From Tubulanus polymorphus (taxonomy: Eukaryota; Animalia; Nemertea): a stretch of 64,000 nt of DNA. The stretch's first letter is position 1; every line of letters starts with the position of its first letter. Positions 13,201 through 26,386 of this stretch are shown piece after piece. The DNA lies in NCBI RefSeq assembly GCF_964204645.1, contig NC_134028.1, forward strand, positions 24,982,345 through 25,046,344, in the 5' to 3' direction. The notes beneath the pieces were generated by a model. The model saw nothing but the letters and a program-made list of their open reading frames with translations. It was not told where the DNA came from and searched no databases. The translations under genes and the position numbers were made by a program.

Positions 13201-16200
13201 GTAGTGGAAATCGTAGTGGTAATCGCACCGCATCAAAATCTCATCACCAGCGATCACGATTATAACTCAATAATTGCATCTGGTTGATGTAATCTCCAAA
13301 TGAGATATGGTATTAGACAGCACGCGTATTTTTCTCATATTCTAAAGATAATTCTTCCATTAATGACTGAACCACAGCAAATATATGAAGCTTTAATTTC
13401 GACAGTAGTATTATCTTCGATAGCGATATTTTGACAGTTTCCTCTTATCTTGTGGTTTCCTTTTTTTTGGAGCGGATTGCGTCAACGGTCGATTCATTTA
13501 TAGCATTAAAAGCCATAACGAAACGAACATAGCATTAAAATATCCATTCTTCAAATATCTATTTGCTTTTCTTTTATTTCATTGTTTAATATAAATGTAC
13601 TTTAGAGATTTTTTTGTGTGATTGTTTGTCCGTTTTGTTGGATAATTCCAGTCAAATTTTGTACAGCTACACCTAAACAGTTCTACTTTATATTCCGATA
13701 TGATGAGGGTAATTTCTAAGAGAAATTTCCTGCGACAAGTCGATTTGCTTTCGAATACTAGATTCCTATTCTTAAAATTTTATATTTTTGAAGTTGTCTG
13801 TCATCGAGGGATCGAAAATAGCTTTGATCATTCGGAAACTCTAGACATCGTTTCGGCAATGATTCGTATTGTTTCGGTTGGTCAGCCAGTCAATCCGCCA
13901 GATGGTGATGTTGGTCAAGACCAGGAGTCCTCTTAACCTCCTTGATATACGCCATGGCACTGTCGCAAGAGGGACACTTCGAAATCGATTGACTGACATG
14001 AAAATAGGTGTTCGTTTGGTTATGATTCCTTTACTAAAAGAAAACTTTACTGTGAATTCTTCCTTTTCATCTACATCTAATTCTCATATGAACGATTTTC
14101 TAAGCGGGCTTGTGGTTCGGCGGAAAGATGCCATCCAATGCAGCATTATCGATAAAAAAAGAATAATTGACCACCACTTCGGTGGTTTCGAAGGAGTTTG
14201 CCGATTTCCGATTCTCGCAAATTGAGACAATCTATTCTCGTCTATCTCGTCTTTCGAAATAATCTGAAGTGTCACTCGACAGTAATTATTCTCACACGAT
14301 CGAAATTGGCGCAAAGAATCCTTCAGGCAACATGTCGAAGAGAACTCTTGTCCCGTGCACTCTTGGGGAGTGTTTTCCTTTAATGGATAGATGTAACGTT
14401 CTCACTGGATCTCTACCGACATTCAGTTATAGGAGACCGAATCTGCTATGAATCTGAGTGAATTTGCTGTATTGTCGAGAACTCAGGAACGAAGTTAACG
14501 TGGTTAAACGTAGATTCCGGTCATATATCTACAGAATATATCACCGAAATACACAAATCTATCTTATAGTAAAAGGAATGGGATTTAATGTGGAGATGTA
14601 GTTTATAGCAGACTCTAAATATATACCCAAACAATTCGCATACGCCATCAGAGTTATACATTTTATTTTTCAAGGCGTCAATAAACTTTGAAGTTAGTTT
14701 TCTTGTTAAATCGTTACGAAGCCATATTACGATGAGTCAGACTCGAAGTTGATGCAGTGCTTGAATTACAGCCTCTAAATCCACTCTCTATCGTAGACAG
14801 GAGAGTTTAATAGCACCGTCGAATTGGTCTTGGATCACATTGGCTCGAATTAACCTCATAATCGATCCATACGTGGTTTTGTTGTTCATACCGGAAGTAC
14901 GCCATTTCCATCGGGATTTACCCTGTAACTCGAATAGAATCTATCCCGTGGTGCACCACCAACAATAAGCAACGAGAAATTCAAATTAACGATTATTCCA
15001 TCGCTCAATCGATACGACTATAGGCTGTCCTCACATTCGTATGTTATTGATCAAACTGTGATATTTAGACTTAGCGATTTAATTACGACACTTCTGAACG
15101 AGATTCGACACAATCAACTTCGACATCAAAACTAACAAAATTTGACGGAGGACCACTTCACTGCACCGGCAACTCAAGTGGTTTCCATAGAAACACACGG
15201 CCTTTCAGCGTCGAGGTAGGTGCTGAACACCTCAGAGGTTAGGAATCATCACCGGTTTGAATGTTAATTCTTCCAAACGAATGTACGGATGAGGAGATAT
15301 GTCGTTACTCTCCTCTATCCAAGAACACAAGACCGGCAGTCATGAATAATTCCCGCTCCATTTTTAATCAATTTATGATGATTCGCGAGCGAGGGTAGAC
15401 TTGGTCTTTAAATCGTGGGGTTGAAACAAAGGGAGTTTCACCATCAACGAGGACCCTGCATCAGCAGCTATCTCGCTGGGTGGCGTGCGCTTCGGTGCGA
15501 CAACTCAGTCGAAATTTAGTTCATCTCTGTGAACTTTAATCTAGATTTTTAGCTTCAAATAAGATCATTCCTAGTGCTTTACCAACCCATGAGTTAAAGA
15601 TTTTACCGACAACCTGCCTGAAAATTTGACAGGTTAAGACAAGCTATTTCAGAACTGTAGTGTTGTATTCAAATTGGAATTTGACTAGAAAAAAGCTATT
15701 TAAAAACTCTAATCTTCTAGAATTCTAGACGCTGTGTATTTATTAAATGGATGGAACTGTTAGCACGTAATAAATTAAGTCTTTGTTCTCTTTCCTAGTG
15801 CGTGGAACTAATACTTGTAAAACAGTTCGCATTCATTACGCATTAAACTAACGCGGTACAATTTAGATATAGTTCTCGTTAATGATGATACATATGTATT
15901 TTACATCTTGAAAATGAATATATTCATGATCATTCATCATAATAATCCAAACTGAATCATATCAGCGTCGAAGTCATTTCATATATACAATGCATTTAGC
16001 ACAGGCGAACAATGTCGTTTTTGCAGTAAAATGCAAAGTGAAGTCGACAATGAGCTTAATTTCATTTAACTATCACTTTGTATTATTATTCGTTAGTTCA
16101 CATGACATGTGTAATAGAAACGCAGTACAGGAACGGATCTGGGTAAATTGGAAGGTGGCGTAGAAAATAAAAGAAAGGGTATTTCTATAAGGATTAGGCA

Positions 16201-19200
16201 GTCGAAGCCGGTTCTCCCTCGGCGCCGCAGTAATCCAACAAACACGACGCGCAAAGAAACAATTTCCGAGAGAATGAGCGCCATTTGCACGTTTAGAAAA
16301 ACCTTTAGATTTATCTCGAAGGAAGACTGGTCGTAATAATGGAGAATGGCTCAGTGGTTTTCCGACGTTCCTTTTTGCACGTCCAGTGTTTATTTACTCA
16401 AGACGTGACCTTTTGTGTATTCATAATAAAAGTAGGGGAGTGCTCTAGATTGCACTACACGTATTAGCTCTACTACTACAAGACGAAATAGATCAGTACT
16501 AAGTAGATGATCAAGAGGAGCGCATCTTGGCTTTTATGATCAAAGAAAATGAGGTTCAAAAATTCGGAACGGATTTCACCGTGGTGGGAGACTTCTACTC
16601 CGCGTTATTTCCTGAACATGCATATGTCATCAGAAATCAAACGCGCTGCCCGTCGTGATAGGTGAGCGCATTGAATCTACAACGAACAAATATACCCGTA
16701 GCGTGGGGGCGGGGGGGGGGGCGTGATGGGTAGGTGGTTTGGGTTCCCCGCATAAAAATCTAGTTCCGCTCGTTTCGACCAATGGTAATTATTAAGCTGA
16801 AATATATTTATTACGTTACTTTACACATATAACTATTACTACATTAAATGTGTTCATTTGTTCATTTACCTTCGCCTCTAGAAACAGTAACTATACAATT
16901 AAAAAAGCAGATGGAAATTAGGTGGAATTACGCATGCGCTAGAAAGAACCAACATGGTGCAAAAAAAACTAGTGGAGACTGAAAGCTGGACTCGGACGTG
17001 GATCCGGAACAAGATTCCGGGCTCGAACTCAACATGTTAGCAGCGTGCACGAACTATATATTTGTGAGGTATTTCGCCATAGTGTCGCGGTGCGTTATAT
17101 TGGACGTGCAAACTGAAGTATGACTTGCACTTGGCGTCCGATATAACGTCTGCAACAACACACGTGACGCATTGGACTGAATTGAGAGTTTTGTGTTCCT
17201 TTCAAACGGAATATTCGAAATTTGACAAATCCGTCATTAGCACAGTTTGTAGATTGATGAACCATTCCGACGAAATCGACCGTGAATTTATCACGACGAG
17301 ATACTGTTTACAAAACGCGCTCTTCAAACTGGTAATTTTCATTTCCCTAATGGACGAACACTGTGTAAATATTTCTCTAGGATATTTATCATGTTTATTC
17401 GGTGACGGATCGTACAATATATATTTCCCGCGAGTTCTATATCACATCCCTTAGATCTACACTCAGGCTTTTTTGACGCTTACGATATTACGGAGTCTTT
17501 TATGGCCACGGAAAATCGGGCGTAGAATACAGATAATGTAATCCCTGAAGACGGGGGTGGGGGAGGGAGGCATTCGACACAAAAGGTCGTCCGAAACTTC
17601 GGAATGCTTTGCTTCGCCGATAGAATATTGCATTTTATTACCGATCTAAAGAGAAATTATCTTCACCTAGTCAAGACATCGTTAAGCTATAGAATCCTAT
17701 ATCTCATGTCTGGTATTGCTCTCTTCAAAACACATGTATATTTCCATTCCAATACTTTACGTATCTACAAAAATATACTTTTGGATGCTCCGAATGCCTC
17801 AGACCTTAAACTGATTTAGGACACCAAAACAAAAATTGTATCAATCATAATTACATCATTGACATCATAAAAGTAATATCATAATAAATTATCACTAACT
17901 CTAATTAATTATGAAACCTAAAGATATTACGGGTAAACTATAGGTGCAGAGCAGCGATAAGCGATTACATCCTTTGATTACTTAAATCATTGGAGGCTTC
18001 TAGAAAAGCGGAATCTAGATACCACAGACATATCTAGTATTGGAATGGATTAATGATTAACTTGCTGCGGATAACACCGAGAATGATCAGAATGACAATG
18101 GCAGAAAAACCAGTAGCTAATTACCGTTTCCATTGTCAGACGACTGATAAATGTTATTACAAAGAACGACGTCAATAACAGAGAAAAGGGCTAAACTATA
18201 CCATATCGACTATTGCGATATTATATCGGAGAGTGTTAGAACACTAAGCGTTTATTGGGACGATATCTAGTCCGGAGAATTGTTACCATAGCCATACACA
18301 ATCAATCATAAATCTGTCTAAAATCTGTTGTATATTGACTGAGCGTTTTGTATTCCGTGTATATTTAACGGACGCGGTTTCTCGTTTCATATCCGACGAA
18401 TCCCTTCAGTTGATACAGATTCAACGGATCGAGCGAGAAGAAAAAACAACAACCCGTCATAGACAACTTGTCGGTTACATCCAGTCGTCTGACTGCAAGA
18501 GACAAGTCCAACCGGTGGGAATATTGGCAGCAGTGCATCACATGTTTGGACACATTTTGTGCAACAAGATCTTTTTTTTTGGTGCCGAAAAAACCGTTTC
18601 AATAACGTTTATATACATTGATACCTAGTATGCGTTATCTAAGGGGTATTGTGTGAGTTGATATGCATTACGTCATCAGTATTGGCTTTTCAAAATAACA
18701 ATTACAATCGAGGATTGTGGCATTTTTTGTAATTAAATATATTAAATGACTCTACGTCGTCAATCGGGGTTAGACTGGTTTCCAGTCAATTCAATTCAAT
18801 CATCGATGTATTCAATATCATCATTGTTATTATTAAAATTATTATCATTAGAAACTTTTTCATGTTGATTATTGTTATTAGCTATAACTTCAAGACTAAC
18901 TCGATGATTGGCTTACAAATGATCGGCCGAATGGATTCACTTCGCGTGCGTTCTTTTCGAGAAAGGTCACGCAAGGTATCATCAGCATTCCGCGAGATAT
19001 TTGAAAAAATCCCGGCGCCAACTTATATCGAGTCTGCGCTGTCCCGTTATGTGCGCGGCTTGTCGATAGAGCTGAGCGGTAACTGGTAAGCTGAAATTAT
19101 CCGAACCCGAAGCTCGGCGGGTAATGAACCATAATTGGTCACTTTACAACGTGCCGATATTCATGATGATTCGAGAGGTATCGCTTCTCATGTCGTCATC

Positions 19201-19692
19201 ATTAGGTTTGCCTATGATAAATAACCCGTGAATGGATTAGTCAGGTCGAGTAGATTATCCGTGAAACCCGTACAGTTAGACGAAGTGCTCGTACGTGCGC
19301 ACACAGGGGCGGCTCTGATTGTATCGGTAAATTGATACGCAAACGACCGGAATAGTGCGCATTGTCGAAACGTATCGAAATCGCAAATGACAGCGGATAA
19401 TCACACGTAGTAGCATACGCTCGACTATTGGTCATTGGGAACGTTAGCTGTTTTATTAGATTAATAATGGCGCGTTCTGATGGCGCTGGTAGCTATTATA
19501 CGGCGAAACATGGTTCAGATATTATTGTTATTGGTGGTGCATTGCGCGCAGTCCGCATCACCGGTGTCAAGGCCGATGCTGATGATATCGTATGCGACAC
19601 AACACTAAACGATAGCGATAGACATTTTCGTGCATTTTGATGTTCAAAGTAGCAATTACTGCAACCTTCTCTCATGCATGTTGACGATGATC

Positions 19693-19988
19693 AGCTGCAT
19701 TCACATTTGGAACGGATCAAGCGTTCGCAGCACGTTCCACATTTTAGAACGGATCAATCTGCACCGACCAAAAGATCGATCCAGATTCGTTTTGAATTTT
19801 TGAACGGATCATTATTTTTTCTGTGTAAAGGGAGACCATGCTTAAAATTGGCTCAATCACAGTGTCAATCACAGTCCGACACTGGACCAGTGATAATGGG
19901 TGATTGAAATTGTGTGTGTGAATGCACAGCATTGATCTGGTCCGTTCTAAATAGGTCTGTCATAACTAGCGATAGTCTGAATGCAGCT
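19693..19988. mobile_element. MITE-like element (PIF/Harbinger-like)
   Basis: Terminal inverted repeat AGCTGCATTCA / TGAATGCAGCT, with internal repeated GAACGGATCA and an inverted TCCGTTC. Flanks TCA/TTA are close to a TWA duplication. Confidence 0.5.
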
Positions 19989-22900
19989 TAAGATCACAGA
20001 ATCTTGCTATGCAACCGTCTTACTTGATCGTAAGACCTCAGAAGACATTTTCAGAGTCTTATCTGCCACATTCATACCAAGAAACTCAACTGGATGAAAG
20101 CGCTTCGAAGCTGTGCGTTGATGTGCAAATCATTGGACACATTGTCTAGGCGGCCATAAATGAAACTTCTGAGAGACTGTATCTTCAGTAACAGAATACA
20201 GACAACTTGTTTGGAAGACGGTTCAAATCGAGCTGTGAACCAGATCGAATTCCAATATGTTCAGTTAAGACATCTATAAAGGAGCCCAATGAACGTATGA
20301 TGATCATAATCGTACAATACAGATGGTGGTCTGTATTGATTAACAAGCTTCAGAGCAATATCTATTGACAAACTATATACACGCAATATTCAGCTAATAG
20401 TATTGCTTCATGCATTTAATATCATATATTCATCGGACGCAGCCGCTAATTACTAATAGCTAATCGAGTAAGGACGTACAACCGTCAAGCATGGCAGCCA
20501 TCTATGTTGGTGTATAATTAGTTCGATACTTATGGCTGGCTTTATGATTACTACCGGGTTACCTCCCGAGTTGTCAAATGAAAATGATGCGGGGATCACT
20601 GATGCTTTACCACGGTCACCCATGCACTCGATACAATGATTGTATAGCAATCTATTTCCCTCGCTTTATTCAGTAGCTGCGATGGATTCTAGGAGTTTTG
20701 CATCACCCTCTCGCAAAAATGAATCGTTCCTATATAGCCTCTGTGTTAGTAAAACAGGCGTCCGCTTAGCAGCCTGGCTTTTCACATTTCGATCAAGCCT
20801 TTCTTCAGCTCATGGTGTTCAGTCAACACCGTGGGTTTCATGTGTATGTTTGACGTGGACCGAACGTCATAATAAATCGGCTGTCCATCGAAATCTCAAT
20901 TAAAGTTCTATTAGTATTGCGTTTATCGTGACTATTGAGACCTTTAGTCGCTCAGTAAAACGCGCCACAGCATCGCTACACAAACATTCTGGTTTTGTAC
21001 CCTAGTGGATAGATCTGACGAATCCCTACCAAATGGTGGTACATACCTGTCTCTTCGAGCACGAATTTTTTAAAACTATTCGAGACACGAACGTTTCTCT
21101 CGCAAAATTTTTATAAATATACTGGCATGGTGACTGTTTTTGCACTTTTGCAATGAACGACATACAGACTCATCAGCTAAATGACTGCACATTCATATTA
21201 TGCATTGTTCATGAGATTATCGGGCCATACCTTCCTCCTACAGCACAGATATAATCTAATGCATCTCTGTCTGCCTTTATTAAGCGTATAATATAACCAT
21301 CAACAGACTCATTCTAGCTGACCATAACAACTATAACTACGTCCCCTAAGAATCGCTTTTCCACGTTTATACATTTTGCTCGGCTATACATTTCGTTAGA
21401 TACAAATGTAGAATTCGATAAAAGCATCCCCGGAAATATTACGTGTTGATGTCCAGATTATATTATATACTGGAAAAGTCCAATTGATTATAAACTAATG
21501 CACTAAAGTAGTCACTTTGTATGACGATAAACAATGATTCCCAAGATTAAAATTTCACGCTTATATCAAATAGTTGGACTGATATTAAAAAGATTTAATA
21601 TCATGCTACTACTCGAGTTTTCTGAATCAATTGACACCGAATTCAAGTATAGTTTTGGCGATTACTTCGGCGTGATGCTGTAGAGAACTTTCGGAACTCA
21701 TTTATCATAACATATGAATATTATGACCTCTGTGATTGAGTTGGTAAAATCATAACAATTCGAAATTTCGATGCCCGCCGTCCCGCGTAACAACGACTAA
21801 GCAGTGTTCAAATTGAATGTTACAAAACAACGCAATAATGGATTGCATTATCTTCCGTACGTTCAGTCAATGCGCGCTGAGGCTGATGAAATGTTTATAT
21901 ATTTGTTCTAAAAAAAAGAAAGAACTGTATCACGCTGCCAGTGATTTTCAACCCGTTGATTAAATTCAGAATAAACCACGGGTAATATGTAGGTTGTTTG
22001 ATAACGATGTCTCCGAGGGATCAGTAAAGCAAAGTAATAATTTGCAAGAACGCGGATCGGGAAAATATGAGGAGTAATACAAGTCGAATTTGTGCGAAAT
22101 GTAACGAGAGAGATAATGTGGTAGATTTGTCTCTTAAGGCTGCGGTAATGGCGCGGGTGGGTTTTCACAAAACGAGATTGCGTATATGAAAAACACTGGT
22201 CGATCGGACTGATGCTTCATATAGACCGCCAATGCGGACCCGGTGGATAGCTAAAATGGTGCCTATATAGGGCTAGATAAACAGTCGTATGATTTCCGAC
22301 TGTGCAACAAGGCCCTGAAGTCTATAAAATAAAGATTAGAACAAAATGGTGATCGAATTTTCGATGGAGTAAAACTGCTAATTGAGTACTGGGGAGGCTA
22401 CGATTGGACCTACGAAATACTAAAAATGGAAGATAATCAAGGCAATTTTCTGGAAATCTTGATCACAGCCTTTTGCCATGGCATTGATTCGTCAATTTCT
22501 TCATTTGTAATCAATACCGAAAAAATCGAATCGAATGATCAAAAGAAGTGAAAATAGAATTGGTGACGGATAATCCGACAATTCGATCAGTCATAAGCTA
22601 GACAATTTAAATTGCTTCCCATTCGTGACAGCTACAATGAATTATTGTGTGCCTTTATACCAGTGATAATCCCTGTACATCTGACATTACGATAGAGCAT
22701 CGATAGCTGTCGTGCTGCTAGTTGAAATGCGCTTACCCTAACTTGCCAGACTGTTCGGGCTTTGCAGACGACACAAAATATAATTGAATTTGAAAATTTT
22801 AATTAAGTCAGCAATTGGATAAATACCATTGCATTGATGAAGTTATAAAATAGATTAATTTGAGTCTCATTACAGTTTCACTGTTACGTAATCAATGCTT

Positions 22901-24376
22901 AAATCCGTATTGTGGTATAAAGACTAGTCTTAAGGTCGTCAGATTATCTTCGAAGCAATATAGTCTTAAATCGGTCTTAAATTCAAGCCTTGACTAGTGT
23001 GAAGCAGGTCGCGCAGCTGTATGTTCAGAACGTCATTTCCGGCATTTCTTAATTTGAAATGAACGAACAAATGAACACTGTAACAAATGCCAGAAATTAG
23101 ACGAATTGCTATCACCTTCAAATGGTGGGCGATTCTGAGTTGCAGAAACATGCATAGATCTTATCGGCTCAGTTTAGCAACGCTCATTAATAGTGACTTA
23201 TATGAAAGAATATGACACAAAAGTACATTCTCGAATCGCAAGTAAGTAGATGTTGATAACTATATAGACGGCGGTTCTCATCTGCAGTTTCCAGTTTGGA
23301 TACTTCGTAATGACGTAGATAGTGACATCGAGTGTAGTTGAACAGTCAACAGTGTTTACCGTCGTCGTTGTGAATGTGTGATAGTCTATATAGATAACAC
23401 GACAGGCGAGCCTAACAACGATGGGAAAGTAAATGTTTAACGGAAACTGAAATGGCTTTGTATTTATAATTCATAGTAAGTCAGTTCGATTTGATCACGC
23501 GCCGGTGTATTGAGATGGAAGCTGAAATTATTGATATTCGAGGAACGTGTATTGATAGTGTGTTGTTCATGAAATATTGAAAAGAGTTTCAGGTTCGTTC
23601 TGGATTAACATTGGCTCTTTCAGAGGTGGATCTATGGGTTGGGGGAGTTCGGTCCCATGTCTTCTCATTGAGGTTGACCCGAGATCGCCAAAACTTGCAA
23701 ATATGACGTTCATCCTCTCGGAAGGTGCATCTCACGGAAATCCACTTGCGACTTTCGGCGTGACTGCTTCATCTGAGAATTGCCTTCACTGGATTTCTTT
23801 CAATTATCCTAGATTCGTCCCTCGATCGCCATGTCTGGCAAATTGCGTAAGATTTTGTTTCGCATCGCACCACTATCAACTGTTCGCGAAGATGTGGCGC
23901 TGGAAGGACAATAATGTCGGCTGTTTAGAACCGGACCTTTTTATCAACAAACAGTGGGTGATCCATATTCTTATGACCATCATAACCATGTCAGTGGCCG
24001 ATTTAGGGCGTGGTCTCAGGGTCTTGACCTTTCCTTCCCATTGAGGTTCCCCTTTTCGTTAAGACAGAGATCATTAATCCTGTAAATTTGACACTCATCC
24101 AACTGCAACCTTTCGGATGTATTTCTTCAAAAAAATTATTTAAAACCACGCAGAAATGGGCCTTTAACTTGACTTTATTTGAGAAATGCCTCTCCTTTTG
24201 AACCCCAGCCTCCAAATTTCCTAGAAGTTGTCTCTAGTCGGGGAACTATTCTTTCAACAACATGAATTATTTTACGTGCAAAAAATGTGCAATTGGAGAC
24301 GGACTGAGACGGACTCGATGACTAAATGTGGCTGAGGTCAAATAGATTTTGATTTTTAATCATCGACAAGCATAAA

Positions 24377-24780
24377 GGGGCCGTGCATAAAGTACGTACG
24401 TCCGTAGGGGGTGGGGGGTTCTTAAAATCCGTACAAAAGCGTACAGGGGGAGGGGAGGGGTCAGCTAAAAACGTACATACTTTCCAAGGGGGGAGGGTTA
24501 ATATTAATAGTACGTACTTTGTGCACGAAACATATGTCTGTGGGTAAACCTGTCTTCCTTTAATGTATAGCAAACTCTGCCTTAATTGCGAAACCGGTCT
24601 CCCTGGGTTTGTTGCATTCAATATATTATATTTGGATCTCGGGGGGGGGGGGGGGTTACCCATAAAAGTATGTACGCAAGGGGGGTTATAAAAAAACGTA
24701 CAATGAGCGTACAAGGGGGGAGGGGGGGGTGGGGTTAAAAATACCCGGAAGTCAAGCATACGTACTTTATGCACGGCCCC
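24377..24780. mobile_element. 404-bp MITE with perfect 22-bp TIRs
   Basis: GGGGCCGTGCATAAAGTACGTA ... TACGTACTTTATGCACGGCCCC, flanked by AAA on both sides (3-bp TSD). It carries internal G-tract direct repeats and accounts for the Pro-rich ORF 24322..24807. Confidence 0.9.
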
Positions 24781-24790
24781 AAAGGTCTCA

Positions 24791-25723
24791 TCAAAAACAC
24801 CGTACATGTTTCAGGAAAAATGTGCGCACTTCTTTGCCGAGTAGAAGATACACATAAAAATTCAAGGCGTGGTTTATACCGTGAAGTACAGAGAATATCG
24901 TGTAGAGAAACTGAGTGACCTCGGGAGAATTCGGTACGAACACGCTAATCGTACTGGGCAGGGTGGTTACCATAAACAGAAGACAAACGACGACTAACAT
25001 GACAGTCGTGTGTCTAGTCTTGCCAAGTTTCCCTGCGCCCGTGCCGAAGCCTTTCTGCATCGTCAAAACAGCGATGATGATCGCATTGAACGAAGCGGTC
25101 AGAGAAATAGGCACGACGAACAAGTACGTGACCGAGAAACTGAAATACTGTTGCGATTCGTTGAACGGGTGATAACAACCGATCGATTCGCTGTATCGCA
25201 TTATCCACGCAACGAACCCGACCGGCATTATGTTGGTCAGACACACGCCGAACGAGACGATCCTCGCGAAGCGCGGTGTGCACAGGATCCGACCCGTAAA
25301 CGGGAACAGAATCAACACCAGTCGCTCGAAGGCGATGGCCACGACGAGCCAAGAACTGCAGTGGTCCGCGTACGAACAGACGAATTCGTACGTGATGCAC
25401 GCGTTCAAACTGGTGAACTCGATTACCAAGTTTGAGTACTCGTACAAGAGGAAATTCACAAGCGGCAGGCACGTGATCGCCAATAACGCTATCATATCCA
25501 TTAGCGACAGACAAATCAAGTAATTCGCGTAGGAAAATAAACGAAACGGTTTGCTCGACATGATGCAAGCCGTGGCCGCGTTACCGAACAGACCGAGCGC
25601 AAGAACCGGGGGTAACGCCGTCAACGCCATAACGCGTAGGCGAAACGGTAAATTCAGCAAGCATCTCATCACCGTGTATCCGAAGTACGGTCGTCCAATA
25701 ACCACCTCGCTGTGATTGCGCAT
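24791..25723 (-). CDS. Intronless rhodopsin-family (class A) GPCR, FMRFamide/peptide-receptor-like or chemosensory type; 310 aa
   Basis: Seven hydrophobic segments: TM1 GLFGN, TM2 YLICLSLMD, Cys at the top of TM3, SSWLVVAIAFERL (DRY variant), FPF in ICL2, TM6 FMVTTLP, TM7 NHALNFYVY (NFxxY). N- and C-termini are short. Confidence 0.9.
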   Translation of the reverse strand: MRNHSEVVIGRPYFGYTVMRCLLNLPFRLRVMALTALPPVLALGLFGNAATACIMSSKPFRLFSYANYLICLSLMDMIALLAITCLPLVNFLLYEYSNLVIEFTSLNACITYEFVCSYADHCSSWLVVAIAFERLVLILFPFTGRILCTPRFARIVSFGVCLTNIMPVGFVAWIMRYSESIGCYHPFNESQQYFSFSVTYLFVVPISLTASFNAIIIAVLTMQKGFGTGAGKLGKTRHTTVMLVVVCLLFMVTTLPSTISVFVPNSPEVTQFLYTIFSVLHGINHALNFYVYLLLGKEVRTFFLKHVRCF

Positions 25724-26344
25724 GTCTGTCTCTGTTAAATGTATACGCGGACAGAAAAAAACTACACAGCGAACGAAAATGCGCGCTTTGAAGACTTTAC
25801 GGCGCGATAGCTCGAAGTTAAATGCAGCAAATAGCGATTTAGCGCTTCGGCGATTTGACTATGTTTTCGAGAGAATTAACTCATTCGCGTGACTTGTCGC
25901 CGATAATGATCAACCGAGTCCGAATTGCGATTCTTCAAAAAATAAAATATAATCAAATCAGCGGGATAGAAACCGCGAAGGCGTCGTCTCAACGAATAAA
26001 TTACCGATAAACGAAGGAAGCTGTAATCAACGAGTAATACGGGAAAATTCTCCTAACCCTCACAATTTCAGTTTTTACATTTTTTTTCTTCTGAATTTTT
26101 TTTTATCGAGAGGCCTATTTTATATAAACTGTTTTCTAGTTTCTACAGGAGCCTCTAAGTCTAAATTCCTGTTTTTCGTATTTCCCGGTTAGAATTTGAC
26201 CCGAGGCTAAAACATAGGAAATCAATCCATTCCTCGATCAGTAACCCTAGTCTTTTCAAATGACAACTTGAATTTTCCTGTCAACTTTTCAATCACTCAC
26301 TCAGTTCTTGTATAGATATTTTGTGAATTCATTCTGTATCACAG

Positions 26345-26386
26345 CGCCTGACGATGATGGCTATTAGCTTAAAACCGATACATTGC
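26345..26386 (+). ncRNA. Degenerate hammerhead motif, same family as 1497-1535
   Basis: cgcCTGACGATGATGGCTATTAG...CCGATACATTgc. It shares the CGCCTGA/TGATGGCTA(A/T)TAG signature, but GAAAC is mutated to GATAC. Confidence 0.35.

Noticed and set aside
13180-13230. Four copies of a 12-bp unit (GGTAATCGYAGY)
   Set aside because: A short degenerate simple repeat with no further structure.
13700-14451. Several overlapping 60-118 aa ORFs, one with a hydrophobic C-terminus
   Set aside because: No motif, poor splice signals and an in-frame stop upstream.
16705-16745. G-run with G-quadruplex potential
   Set aside because: An isolated homopolymer tract not linked to any feature.
23577-24044. 155-aa plus-strand ORF
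   Set aside because: It has a TTG start, no domain, and runs through transposon-end-like sequences (CAGAGGTGGATCTA, CAGTGGCCGATTTAG).
24322-24807. 161-aa proline-rich ORF overlapping the GPCR end
   Set aside because: It is the translation of the MITE's C-tracts.
24915-25568. Alternative-frame and antisense ORFs over the GPCR
   Set aside because: Shadow ORFs expected from GC-rich codon usage of the real gene.
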